Shown: positions 46,932 to 56,508, counted from the first letter of the stretch. The stretch is DNA of 64,000 bases from Candidatus Aenigmatarchaeota archaeon (GCA_026397315.1 JAPLVC010000002.1:59994-123993), one strand, 5' to 3'. The notes: a model not told the origin generated them from the sequence alone. A program made the numbers and translations.

Positions 46932-47949
46932 ACTCGCTCCTCGCTTTCGCGGCCTCTTCAGTTATGTCTATCTTAGTCATGCATTCCCTTATGCAACGGC
47001 CGCAGCCGACGCAGTGCAGCTTGCCCTGGTTTTCCTTTCCATACAAAAGCTTGTGGTAGAAGAACTGCTTTACTCGTTCTGTTCTCGATTCGCGCGTCAC
47101 CTCGCCTCCTGCGACGCGTGTGAACGGCTGGAGCATGCAGTAATTCCACGTGCGCGATATATTTACTTTTTCAATCCCCTTTTCAGACGGTTCAGCGTCG
47201 TGGTGCACGTCGAAACAATAGCAGGTCGGGCAGACGCTCGTGCAGGACGCGCAGGACAGGCAGCGCTTCGCAGTCTCGTCCCAGAATTCGCTCGAGAAAG
47301 ACGAGCGCATGACCTCTTCGAGATTCTCGGTGTTTATCTGCTTTCTGAACACAAGCTTCGCTTTCGCTGCTGGGCTTCCTGTTTTTCTGAAAAGCTTGTT
47401 GTTAACGAGCGAATGTCCCTTTTCGCTGCCTACTTCAACATGAAATCCATTTCCCGTTTCGGTGAAAAGCAGGTCGAACCCAATCGCCTTGTCCGTGCCC
47501 ATGGAACCGCAGAAGCATTCGTCACCAGCGCTCTTGCAATTGAGCGCCAAAATAAGTGTCGAGCCTCTCGCTTTCTTGTAATAAGCGTCTACGTAACCGT
47601 CTGTCATGACCCTGTCCAAGACGTCAAGCGCGTGCGTGTCGCACGGCCTCACGCCGAACAGCGCAATCTTCCCCGTCTTGGCGCGCTGCCTGACCCTCGA
47701 GCCGGCGAATTCCATCATGAGTAGGCCGTTAGGGTGCAGGAATTTCTTGGGAGGAAACTCGACATTCACATAATTGCCAAGTTTCATCTCGCTGACGGTT
47801 TTGACCTGCCTGAAATTGTGCTCGTCACCAGCTTCGACGGGCGCGAAAACTTTATACTTTCTTGTCAAAGATTCGAAGAATTTGCCGAAATCAGCTTTTT
47901 TTATGGTGTAAAATGCAGGCTTTTCATTCATGTCGTGGGTAGCGGCCAT
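46915..47949 (-). CDS. hydB: Group 3b hydrogenase beta subunit (4Fe-4S)
   Basis: GVRPCD, CFC, CLSCASCTSVCPTCYC, CVGCGRCIREC. Confidence 0.92.
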   Translation of the reverse strand: MAATHDMNEKPAFYTIKKADFGKFFESLTRKYKVFAPVEAGDEHNFRQVKTVSEMKLGNYVNVEFPPKKFLHPNGLLMMEFAGSRVRQRAKTGKIALFGVRPCDTHALDVLDRVMTDGYVDAYYKKARGSTLILALNCKSAGDECFCGSMGTDKAIGFDLLFTETGNGFHVEVGSEKGHSLVNNKLFRKTGSPAAKAKLVFRKQINTENLEEVMRSSFSSEFWDETAKRCLSCASCTSVCPTCYCFDVHHDAEPSEKGIEKVNISRTWNYCMLQPFTRVAGGEVTRESRTERVKQFFYHKLLYGKENQGKLHCVGCGRCIRECMTKIDITEEAAKARSEYESKK

Positions 47950-47979
47950 ATAATATATTATCATCCCCTAAATAAAATT

Positions 47980-49128
47980 ATGTCATCGAAAAATCATAAG
48001 TTCAGGTTCAGCGACAAGCTGGAGTGGGGTCTCGACGCGACGTTCGTCCCCAACAAGCGCTTTCCGGTCTACAACTGGTTCTATTACAAGGAGGGCTATT
48101 CCCGCGACCTGGTCCTCAAGACGCTGGAGATGCTCAAGTTCAGCCCGGCTTCCAAAGATTTCGTGCTCGACCCATTCTGCGGTTCCGGGACGACGAACCT
48201 AGCGTGCAAGGAAGCAGGGATAAACTCCGTCGGCTTCGACCTTTCCCCGCTAGCGCTGCTGGCCGCAAGGGTCAAGTGCAGGACATACAATGCAAAAAAG
48301 CTGGCTGAGGCGCTGGTCTCGCTTCGCGAGGCGCATTTCGAGCCGCAGGACCGCTCATGGGTCCCTGGCGACGTCGCACACTATTTCAACCCCCACACGC
48401 TGGATGACGTCATATTCTTCGGCAAAACCGTCGCCAGAATCCAGGACGAGGAGACCCGCGATTTCTTCCGCCTCGGCCTGATAAACTCCGCGACGCGCTG
48501 CTCATACATGTTCAAGGACGGCAGTGTGGTCAAGATGCAGAAACATCACGTCCCGCCGTTCCGCAAGTTCTACTTCGCCCACATGAAGCACATGATACAC
48601 GACGCCAAGAAATTCAAGGCGGGCGGGAAGAAATGCAAGACCATCATCGAGGAAGGCGATGCAAGGGCGATACGCCTGGAGGACAGCTCTATCGGCTGCG
48701 TCATAACTTCGCCTCCTTACCTGAACAAGATTGAATACACGAAAATCTACAGGATAGAGGAATTCCTGTTCTTCGGCGGGCGCGAAGGGAAGGACAGGGG
48801 CGTCCGCTCGTTCATCGGCTCTAAAGCCGATACAGACATTCTGTTCCCCGACATTCCCGCTTCAGCTAACGCGTACTTCTCCGACATGAACCGCGTGATG
48901 CGCGAGCTTTATCGTGTCTGCAAGCCCAGAGCGAAACTGGCGATCGTGGTTGGTAACGGCTGCTTCCCGGACCGCGTGGTGGACAGCGACGTTCTTCTCG
49001 CCGAGCTAGCCGAGCAGGCCGGGTTCAAGGTGAACAGCATCCTCGTCCTGAACAGGCGCTGGTGCACGCGCAATCGTGTCGAAAAGGTAGGCGAGCTCAG
49101 GGAGAGCATGCTGGTGCTGGAAAAATAA
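47980..49128 (+). CDS. Orphan DNA amino-methyltransferase (probably N4-cytosine, alpha-type motif order)
   Basis: WFYYKEGYS, DPFCGSGTT (motif I) preceding ITSPPY (motif IV); ATG at 47980. Confidence 0.85.
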   Translation: MSSKNHKFRFSDKLEWGLDATFVPNKRFPVYNWFYYKEGYSRDLVLKTLEMLKFSPASKDFVLDPFCGSGTTNLACKEAGINSVGFDLSPLALLAARVKCRTYNAKKLAEALVSLREAHFEPQDRSWVPGDVAHYFNPHTLDDVIFFGKTVARIQDEETRDFFRLGLINSATRCSYMFKDGSVVKMQKHHVPPFRKFYFAHMKHMIHDAKKFKAGGKKCKTIIEEGDARAIRLEDSSIGCVITSPPYLNKIEYTKIYRIEEFLFFGGREGKDRGVRSFIGSKADTDILFPDIPASANAYFSDMNRVMRELYRVCKPRAKLAIVVGNGCFPDRVVDSDVLLAELAEQAGFKVNSILVLNRRWCTRNRVEKVGELRESMLVLEK

Positions 49129-49154
49129 ATTGCCTTCCAATAGCCTTCCAGCAT

Positions 49155-49724
49155 TTACCCGAATTTTGACAGGATCTGCTGCCCTATTCTTGTAACATGC
49201 TCTCCAGCTTCCTGGTTCCTTCCACCAGAAATAATGTGGATGAGGTACATATCTTTGCAAATCCAGAGATGGTAATAGTAGACGCCCGGCTCATTGAACT
49301 GGCCCCCGTAATCATTCACATTGTTGACACGGAATCTGCTCTGGTCCCCATAAACATTCTCGCTTATGAGGCCCTCAACACTGAACAGGTGCAGGGAGCT
49401 ATATTGGTATGAGCCATTTAGGGCTTCGAGATTTGCAAATTTCTGCAATTCAACCACCACTTCAGTATCATTCAAGCTGCTAATGGTGTAGTTGCAGAAG
49501 CTGTATTGTCCCAGCGATGAATCTACGACATTTCCATAATTTTCATCCGTTTGACAATCATTTTCGGTCATCCCGAGCTGCTGAAGGTCTTGCGCGTTAA
49601 GCACCAGCTCCTGGGTTCCTGATATTGTATGGGTTGTCTTTCCATCTTGCATTATTGAGTATCCTACGATAAAGCATCCTCCGATAAGTATCAGGAGAAT
49701 TGCTAAAATTATAGCCAGTTTCAT
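49155..49724 (-). CDS. Hypothetical exported protein
   Basis: N-terminal signal/TM segment; atypical codon usage. Confidence 0.7.
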   Translation of the reverse strand: MKLAIILAILLILIGGCFIVGYSIMQDGKTTHTISGTQELVLNAQDLQQLGMTENDCQTDENYGNVVDSSLGQYSFCNYTISSLNDTEVVVELQKFANLEALNGSYQYSSLHLFSVEGLISENVYGDQSRFRVNNVNDYGGQFNEPGVYYYHLWICKDMYLIHIISGGRNQEAGEHVTRIGQQILSKFG

Positions 49725-49890
49725 AATATCACCTTCATTTTAGAAAGAGATTATTATATTTAAATACTCTTAATAAGGAGTGCCAACTGGGATTGACTTG
49801 CAATAAGCCATACATCAGGATGGGCGCTGCTTGTTGTCTTGATAAAGACAACGCCAAAAACTTTAATTAACCTTTCCATAAACTTAAGAT

Positions 49891-50250
49891 ATGGAAATAA
49901 ATGCCATGTCTGTTTTGGCCTTTATGTGCATTTTGTTGGCCGTAGTTATTGCTTCCGGATGCACAGGCCAACCAGCTATGCCCTCGTGCGATAACGGCGA
50001 CTGGAGCTGCATATGCGCCAGAATCACCGGCGAAGTCGGATGCAAAAGCTACCCGGACTGCACGTGGACGAATTTCCACTCGAACGACTTCTACTGCATG
50101 GAGCAGTTCTGCATGGATTACGACGAGAAAGAATGCGCCTTGCACAGCCGCTGCATGTGGCTTCTGGACAAGAACGGCGGCAACGAGTATTGCGAGGGAG
50201 CGGCTTATTTCGACCCGGAAAGGCATGCTTTAGTCAACGAAACGGGCTAA
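49891..50250 (+). CDS. Cysteine-rich lipoprotein
   Basis: Signal peptide with ASGC lipobox; repeated Cx5CxW units (CKSYPDCTW, CALHSRCMW). Confidence 0.75.
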   Translation: MEINAMSVLAFMCILLAVVIASGCTGQPAMPSCDNGDWSCICARITGEVGCKSYPDCTWTNFHSNDFYCMEQFCMDYDEKECALHSRCMWLLDKNGGNEYCEGAAYFDPERHALVNETG

Positions 50251-50271
50251 TTCGATTAGAAAGAAAATGAA

Positions 50272-50484
50272 TCACGGAAAAAACGTGTCATGCAAACCGT
50301 ATTTTGCCATTATTGCTACCTGCGCTGGTGTAAATTTTCCTATTCCCGGTGCGTTGTAAATATGACCGTCTGGACAATGGAAACGATATTCTAGTTCAAC
50401 CCCTAGTTCTAATGAAATCTTTTTCAATACGTCGGGTGCGAATTCTCTGTCGGCCCAGCAAGCAACATCCGTATCATTCGTCAT
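50272..50484 (-). CDS. Hypothetical protein (70 aa), AT-rich
   Basis: ORF with upstream TTTTATAAAA. Confidence 0.5.
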   Translation of the reverse strand: MTNDTDVACWADREFAPDVLKKISLELGVELEYRFHCPDGHIYNAPGIGKFTPAQVAIMAKYGLHDTFFP

Positions 50485-50529
50485 TTTTATGATATCCCAG
50501 ATAGTTTTATAAAATCTTATTTATCCAAG

Positions 50530-51024
50530 TCAGATGTCCCTCGTCATCCTGAGAAATAACTCCTGCCTGTAGGACTCCAGCTTTTCCGCGCTCTTTTCTT
50601 TCGCCAGCCTGTCTTCGAGCTTCTTGAAGCCGGGGCGAAACCGCCTGTAAGCGAATATCGCGGAGGCAAGCGCCGACTTCTCATGGTCATTCAGCCGGCT
50701 TCCAAACACGACCTCCCTTTCCTTGATGTGGTCCTCGATGAGAATGCGCTTCTTTTTCTTTGTCATATTCTTCGCAGGCAGGACCATTTTCGCCGCGATG
50801 GAAGCTGCGATTTTCCTGACCTGCGACGGCGGCTTCGCCCGGTCCGTCGAAAGCACGAGAACGTTGCCCAGCTCGGTGATGCATTCGAGCACGTCCGAGT
50901 TCTGCGGGTGCACGAAAGTGTCGAGATAGAGTACATTACCGGCCAAATCAAGAAGCGCGACCGAAGTGTGGTGGCCAACGTCTATGCCGCCTATCAGAAT
51001 CCGCCTTTTTACGCGCGAAACCAT
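50530..51024 (-). CDS. DUF460-like protein (RNase H-like fold)
   Basis: GIDVG..SVALLDLAG, STD..PP.QVRKIAA, NDHEKSALASA. Confidence 0.8.
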   Translation of the reverse strand: MVSRVKRRILIGGIDVGHHTSVALLDLAGNVLYLDTFVHPQNSDVLECITELGNVLVLSTDRAKPPSQVRKIAASIAAKMVLPAKNMTKKKKRILIEDHIKEREVVFGSRLNDHEKSALASAIFAYRRFRPGFKKLEDRLAKEKSAEKLESYRQELFLRMTRDI

Positions 51025-51076
51025 TCAATTTTTAATTACCGCTAAAATTTAAAAGCGCTCGCCCATTTACCTACAT

Positions 51077-51730
51077 ATGCCCGAAAAAAATGGAATAAAG
51101 GCAGTCATATTCGACTTCGACGGCGTGATAGCGGACTCGAAGAGCACGATATACGCGATTTACAGGGTCGTGCTGGCCGAGATGAAAAAGAAATTCCCGT
51201 TGACAATCGAGGAGTTCACGGACGTGCTCGACGGCAACTACAGGAACTTCTATGCTTCCATGGGAGTCGAAGAGAACGAGATAGAGAAGGCGAACGAGAT
51301 TTACAAAAGGCATTATATGCAGCTGGAAAAGGACATACGCCCGTTCCATGGCGTGTCCGAAGTGCTTTCCGAGCTGAGGAAAAGGGGCTACAAAATAGGC
51401 ATCTCCTCGAACACGCACGAGTTCATAATCAGGCGATTGCTGGCGCAGTTCGGCTTCGAGAGCCACGTTGACGCCGTCGTAGGCGGCAAGGACATAAACA
51501 AGCTCAAGCCCGACCCAGCGCAGATACTGCTGGTAATGGAGAAGCTGGGTGTGAAACACACTGAATGCGTCTTCATCGGTGACATGGAGGTCGACATGCT
51601 CGCCGGCAAGGCGGCTAAGGTGGCGAAACTCATAGCAGCAACGTATGGCTACCATCCGCGCGAGCGCCTGGAAAAATTCGGCCCGGACGCGTTCGTCAAC
51701 AACCCCTTCCAGATTCTCGGCTACTTATAA
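51077..51730 (+). CDS. HAD-superfamily hydrolase (phosphoglycolate phosphatase-like)
   Basis: FDFDGVIADS, SSN, KPDP, IGDMEVD. Confidence 0.92.
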   Translation: MPEKNGIKAVIFDFDGVIADSKSTIYAIYRVVLAEMKKKFPLTIEEFTDVLDGNYRNFYASMGVEENEIEKANEIYKRHYMQLEKDIRPFHGVSEVLSELRKRGYKIGISSNTHEFIIRRLLAQFGFESHVDAVVGGKDINKLKPDPAQILLVMEKLGVKHTECVFIGDMEVDMLAGKAAKVAKLIAATYGYHPRERLEKFGPDAFVNNPFQILGYL

Positions 51731-51766
51731 AAGATACAAAAGACGATGATTAGAACCAAAAACTAC

Positions 51767-52540
51767 TTATTTCTTCAGCTTTTCCCTGCCCACGTCCTTG
51801 GTGAACTGAACCAGTTTCTTCGCCATGCCCAGCGGGTCCTGCGCGTGCTGGACCATCGAAGCGACGTGAATGCCGTCAGCACCGGCCATGAGCGTCGTCT
51901 TTATGTCGTCCAGCGTCTTACTCGAACCAGCGCATATGACCGGGTGGCCGACCGCCTGCTTGACCGCGCGGAACATCTCCGGCGATGAAGGACCGGGTGC
52001 GCCAGAACCGCGTTCCAGAATCGTGACTCTCTGCCCGAGCAGCTTGCCGGCCAGCGCATACGCCACAGCGATGTCCGGTTTATGATATGGGATGGGCTTA
52101 GCCTCTCCTATCCAGCCGACCGTCTCGCCCGGTTCGACTATTAGCAAAGAAGTGGGAATCGCTTCCATCTTGTTCATGGTTATCATGGGAGCAGCGAGCG
52201 CCTGCGCGCCGGTTATCCAGTAGGGATTGTTCGAATTCAGCAGGCTCATGAAGTAAAGCGCGTCCGCGTATTTGGTCACGCCTCCGATGTTGCCGGGGAA
52301 CAGGACGACCGGCTTGTTCGTGGTTTCCTTTATCCTCTTGACGACGTTGTTGAGGAGGTCGCCTTCCGCTCCTATTGAGCCGCCTATAAGTATGATGTCA
52401 GCGCCCGCTTCATCGAAAACCTTGGCGAATTTGAATGGATTTTCTCTCTTGTCATCCATCGGGTCTATGAGGCCGAAGAAGACCGATCCGTCCTTCTCGA
52501 TGACCTCGTGCAGATACGTCTCGACTTTGCCAATTTTCAT
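51767..52540 (-). CDS. Geranylgeranylglyceryl phosphate synthase
   Basis: LIDP, GADIILIGGS, PVVLFPG, SLLNSNNPYWITGAQ, LERGSGA. Confidence 0.9.
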   Translation of the reverse strand: MKIGKVETYLHEVIEKDGSVFFGLIDPMDDKRENPFKFAKVFDEAGADIILIGGSIGAEGDLLNNVVKRIKETTNKPVVLFPGNIGGVTKYADALYFMSLLNSNNPYWITGAQALAAPMITMNKMEAIPTSLLIVEPGETVGWIGEAKPIPYHKPDIAVAYALAGKLLGQRVTILERGSGAPGPSSPEMFRAVKQAVGHPVICAGSSKTLDDIKTTLMAGADGIHVASMVQHAQDPLGMAKKLVQFTKDVGREKLKK

Positions 52541-52703
52541 AGTTTTAAATTGGCGACTGTAGATATAAATATGCTTTTGGTCAATTCGCGATTATCTTCA
52601 TTTGACGCATATGATTCGATTTTAATGTAGTTTAAAAATAGACCACTTTAAAGTAACAAAAAGCTTATAAATACACAAGATAATTTACTTATAGAGTGAT
52701 GAG

Positions 52704-53150
52704 ATGTTACCATACTTGCGTAAAGGTTTGCCGGAAGAAACCAGTATTAACACTGAAATTCGGGGCGGTTACAAGCTCACTGTAAAATGTTACGGTGTGA
52801 AAACTTTCGGGGGAAAAAACAGGGGATGCCCGGTTGGTAGAGTGGTTTTTGAAAGCTATAGAGACAAAGAAGCCCAGAAAATGGCAGATGAATACAATAA
52901 TGAACATAGATTGTGGGAAGAAAAAATCATTTACAGGCCGTTTAAAATGGGAATTGGAAATATTTTCAAGCCAGTGAATCTGTTTAGAGGACATTTTGTA
53001 TTACGCGAATTAAATAGAAGGATGCACGAGCATCCAAATAAAAAATATGAGATGATTTCAGATAAACTATTAGATGAATTGGGTGCTAAGGCATTCGAAC
53101 CATATGTCAATAGCGGAATAAAGACCAATTTCTGTCCAGATTTTTACTAA
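52704..53150 (+). CDS. Hypothetical protein, AT-rich
   Basis: GAGTGA SD; atypical codon usage. Confidence 0.6.
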   Translation: MLPYLRKGLPEETSINTEIRGGYKLTVKCYGVKTFGGKNRGCPVGRVVFESYRDKEAQKMADEYNNEHRLWEEKIIYRPFKMGIGNIFKPVNLFRGHFVLRELNRRMHEHPNKKYEMISDKLLDELGAKAFEPYVNSGIKTNFCPDFY

Positions 53151-53196
53151 TAGAACGTAATAAAGGATTTTATATAGCTTCACCAAACAAATTCAT

Positions 53197-54120
53197 ATGT
53201 TGTTGGTCACGGGTGCAACGGGTTTTCTGGGCTCCAGCGTCATGCGGGCGATTGCCAGCGGACGGAGGGATGTGCGCATACTCAGCTACGACTACGAAGC
53301 CGCCAAAACGATGTATCCGCAGTTCGATGTAGTCAAAGGCGACATCACCAGGCCGCAGTCGCTGAAGGGCATAGGCAAGAACGTCGATACCATAATCCAC
53401 CTGGCGGGCATAGTCTCCTACACGAAGCCCAAGGACGAGCTTTTCGAAATCAACGTTGAAGGCACGAAAAACATGCTCGAAGCATGCGATGCGTCGAAGA
53501 AAATCATTTTCGCGTCCAGCGTTTCCGTATATGGAGAGATACCCGCTTCCAAAGGCCCGGCCAGCGAGAACTACCCGACACGACCAGCGAACCTCTACGG
53601 CTGGTCGAAGCTCGAAGCGGAAAGGCTTATCGCCGATTCCGGCATGAAATACGTCGTGCTCAGAATAGCGCCCGTTTACGGCGCAGGGTCGCCGCAATGG
53701 TTCAGGAACCTCTCGCTTCTCGAAAAGGGATTCCCTATCCCGAAAACCAGGAACCTGACGCACGTCGCTCACATATCAAACGTGGCGCAGGCGTTCGCGC
53801 TGGCTCTCAAACCCAGGGCAGAAGGCATATACAATATCGCCGACGAGAAGCCGGTCGCTTTCACCGAGTTCGCCAGCGAGCTGGTCACGCTGCTGGGCGG
53901 CCGCCCGAAGCTGATGCCGGGGTGGCTGGTCGGCCTCGGCGCGCGCGCCAAGGGCATGAAGGCGTACCTCGACGTTCTCACGATAAACAGGAATTACGAC
54001 ATCTCCAGCGCAAAGAAGCAGCTCGGCTACAGGCCGAAAGTCGAATTTAACACTGAGTTGAAGAAAATGATAAACTGGTATCTGGACATGAAACAAAAAC
54101 CAAAAGAAAAAGAAATATGA
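53197..54120 (+). CDS. NAD-dependent epimerase/dehydratase (extended SDR)
   Basis: TGATGFLG, HLAG, SSVSVYG, YGWSK. Confidence 0.92.
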   Translation: MLLVTGATGFLGSSVMRAIASGRRDVRILSYDYEAAKTMYPQFDVVKGDITRPQSLKGIGKNVDTIIHLAGIVSYTKPKDELFEINVEGTKNMLEACDASKKIIFASSVSVYGEIPASKGPASENYPTRPANLYGWSKLEAERLIADSGMKYVVLRIAPVYGAGSPQWFRNLSLLEKGFPIPKTRNLTHVAHISNVAQAFALALKPRAEGIYNIADEKPVAFTEFASELVTLLGGRPKLMPGWLVGLGARAKGMKAYLDVLTINRNYDISSAKKQLGYRPKVEFNTELKKMINWYLDMKQKPKEKEI

Positions 54121-54148
54121 ACAGTCCGAACAATGCAACAATCAGAAT

Positions 54149-54289
54149 TTAACCGCCAATCTTGAAAACTTTAGTGCCGCAGTCCGGGCAGATGCCTTTC
54201 TTGGCTGGTTTTCCGTTCTTGAGTTTTACGCTCTGCTCGTCTTTTATGTCTACTTTTTTCCTGCATTTCACGCAATAAGCCTGTGACAT
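54149..54289 (-). CDS. DUF5679-like zinc-finger micro-protein (46 aa)
   Basis: MSQAYCVKCRKKVDIKDEQSVKLKNGKPAKKGICPDCGTKVFKIGG; GGAGGT SD; not in the ORF track. Confidence 0.88.
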   Translation of the reverse strand: MSQAYCVKCRKKVDIKDEQSVKLKNGKPAKKGICPDCGTKVFKIGG

Positions 54290-54374
54290 GTTTTACCTCC
54301 AACCGTTTCGAATATTGATTAATGGCGACGCAGGCTTATAAACTTTAGAAAAAAATAAAGTCTCCCGTTTCTCC

Positions 54375-54419
54375 TTTTTAGTTTCTTTGTGCGTGCGCGC
54401 ATGCGCAAACCGCTAAAAA
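54375..54419. repeat. Imperfect palindrome with an alternating purine-pyrimidine core
   Basis: TTTGTGCGTGCG/CGCATGCGCAAA (54386-54409) flanked by TTTTTAG/CTAAAAA. Confidence 0.6.
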
Positions 54420-54522
54420 AAGTTTTTTCCGTTCCCTTTTGCGCCGAAAAACGTTTATAAACGATTATTTACAAAAATAAAAGAAAGAGAATCCCTTTCG
54501 TCATTTTCAAGGAGGAATCAAA

Positions 54523-54738
54523 ATGTCCGAAAAGAAACAGCGATTGCCGCTAGCTCCGTTCGAGCGCATACTAAAGGACGCGGGGGCGAAGCGCGTCTCT
54601 AAGTCCGCGATGAAGGAGTTCGCGATAGTCATTGAAGGAATGTCCGACGGCATCGCGCAGGACGCGGTCAAGTTCGCCAAGCATGCGGGAAGAAAGACGG
54701 TCACAGGAGAAGACATACGTCTCGTGAAGAGGCAGTGA
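54523..54738 (+). CDS. Archaeal histone (HMf-like)
   Basis: LPLAPFERILKDAGAKRVS..AKHAGRKTVTGEDI; AAGGAGG SD. Confidence 0.95.
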   Translation: MSEKKQRLPLAPFERILKDAGAKRVSKSAMKEFAIVIEGMSDGIAQDAVKFAKHAGRKTVTGEDIRLVKRQ

Positions 54739-54771
54739 ACGCATTAAAACCAAAAACACATAGATGATAAT

Positions 54772-55350
54772 ATGAAAATACTGAGCGTCTGCGGAAGTCC
54801 GAGAAAAGGAAACTCGGAAGCCGTTCTTTTGAGATTGAAGCAACTGCTCGAAAAAAAAGGAGCCGAAAACGAGATAATTCTTCTCAGGGAGAAAAAGATA
54901 GAGAGATGCACGGGCTGCGTCGAATACTGCAACAAAAATCTCGACTGTCACAAAAAGGACGACATGGTGAAAATTTTCGAGAAAATAAGAAGCGCGGATG
55001 GCTATGTTTTCATAACTCCCAATTACTTCAAGATGCCTACCGGCATTTTCAAGGACTTCATAGACAGGTGCAGCATTTTCTACACGGCGCAGACCAACAT
55101 GTCCGGCAAGAGAGCGATAGTCATCACAGTTGGCGCGGACGTAGAAAGGGAAATAGACGTTTGCCTGAGAAATGTCACGGACAATTTCTGCAAAACCCTT
55201 GGCATCCCGGTTGTCGCCAAAAAGAGCTTCCGTTCAAAGAGCGAACTCAAGGGAAACTACAACGACATTTTTGAGAACGGCCTCAATCCTGACATAGAAA
55301 AACAACTGGAGAAGATGGCAGACGAATTATTCAAAAGTCTTAAGAAATGA
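54772..55350 (+). CDS. Iron-sulfur flavoprotein / flavodoxin family protein
   Basis: GSPRKGNS, CTGCVEYC....C..KDD, TPNYF, KDFIDR. Confidence 0.88.
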   Translation: MKILSVCGSPRKGNSEAVLLRLKQLLEKKGAENEIILLREKKIERCTGCVEYCNKNLDCHKKDDMVKIFEKIRSADGYVFITPNYFKMPTGIFKDFIDRCSIFYTAQTNMSGKRAIVITVGADVEREIDVCLRNVTDNFCKTLGIPVVAKKSFRSKSELKGNYNDIFENGLNPDIEKQLEKMADELFKSLKK

Positions 55351-55353
55351 TAT

Positions 55354-55926
55354 TCAGAAAGTCCTTTTAGCTTTCTTCCAGAAGACGAGGTTTTCCATTT
55401 CGTCTATGCCCTTGTCCTTGCAGTATTTCTGGTAGAGCTCGAGATACGTTTCCTTTATTCCCTTTTTCGTATCGAGGCCGAGTTTGGCTATCGCGCTTCG
55501 TATGCCTGCTTCGGAACCCTCGATTTCCATGAACTTGCCGAAGGGCAGGCGGTCTATGTCTATCGCTGTTCCACCCAGGACGTACTTGGTCTTCTCCTTT
55601 TCGTAAATCCACCATATCTCGTAGCCGAGGCCCGTGAGGATTTCCTTTGCCTTGGCGAAGTCGCTGACTTCTATCTCGATCTCGTTTGCTTCCTTGAACT
55701 CTTTCTTGCGTATGGTGGTCTTTATGGTGAGGACGTTTTTCCCGCTGGGCGTTTTGCGCAGTCGCAGGAGAATGCCGCGCTTGCGGATGTCTCCGTTGTC
55801 AAAAACAATGTTATGCTCCAGTCCCTCGGACATCTTCTGCGCGCCAAGCGCGAGCAGACGACTAACGAGTTTCTCCTCGTTATCCACCGGGAACTTTATC
55901 TCTATCTCCCTGCCCATAGAATCCAC
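55354..55926 (-). CDS. CYTH-domain protein (class IV adenylate cyclase-like)
   Basis: EIEIK, LRLR, FMEIEG, TYLEL. Confidence 0.9.
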   Translation of the reverse strand: MDSMGREIEIKFPVDNEEKLVSRLLALGAQKMSEGLEHNIVFDNGDIRKRGILLRLRKTPSGKNVLTIKTTIRKKEFKEANEIEIEVSDFAKAKEILTGLGYEIWWIYEKEKTKYVLGGTAIDIDRLPFGKFMEIEGSEAGIRSAIAKLGLDTKKGIKETYLELYQKYCKDKGIDEMENLVFWKKAKRTF

Positions 55927-55984
55927 CCTAACCGTATCTAAATTGTAATATAATAAAAATGATGAAAGGGTAAATAAAAAAGGT

Positions 55985-56398
55985 TTACTTGTCTGCCTTC
56001 GGCTTGACAGTAGGCATCGGCAGCGGCGGAGGAAGTTGCAAATCTTCCGCTATCACCGAAACCTTTATCAGGCATCTCCTGAACAGGTAGTTAAGGATTT
56101 CGAGCGACGGCTTTTCCGGGATTTTCTTTTCCTTCTCCCACTGCTTGAGCATAGCCTTGTTGTCATCCGTGAGGTAAAGAATGTCCCCGCCGATTTTGAT
56201 TTCGCCGACTTTCGGGTCGTAACTCGTGACGAACTCGAAGTCCATCGACAGGACCTTCTTGCTTCCAAGCGAAGGCACCGAAACTTCTCTCATGTCGTTT
56301 ATCCTTGGCACAGAATTGACCTTTATCTCAGCGCCGGACATCTGTTCCCTGTCCCTCCTCGCTTCGACTGAATTCAGACTCAAGCCAACTATTGTCAT
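55985..56398 (-). CDS. Conserved archaeal hypothetical protein (SecB-like pattern)
   Basis: GGAGGT SD; C-terminal LQLPPPLPMP; family recognition is tentative. Confidence 0.75.
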   Translation of the reverse strand: MTIVGLSLNSVEARRDREQMSGAEIKVNSVPRINDMREVSVPSLGSKKVLSMDFEFVTSYDPKVGEIKIGGDILYLTDDNKAMLKQWEKEKKIPEKPSLEILNYLFRRCLIKVSVIAEDLQLPPPLPMPTVKPKADK

Positions 56399-56440
56399 AT
56401 TTTACCTCCAAATTGAAAATGATATCAAGTCGTTTTTTGC

Positions 56441-56465
56441 TTAAGCTTTTTTCTAAAAAGCTTAA
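56441..56465. repeat. Perfect 11-bp inverted repeat (REP-like hairpin / possible terminator)
   Basis: TTAAGCTTTTT-tct-AAAAAGCTTAA. Confidence 0.65.
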
Positions 56466-56508
56466 TTGATTATCCGCGTTGATATTTAAATGCTTTTTAC
56501 GTCCGAAA

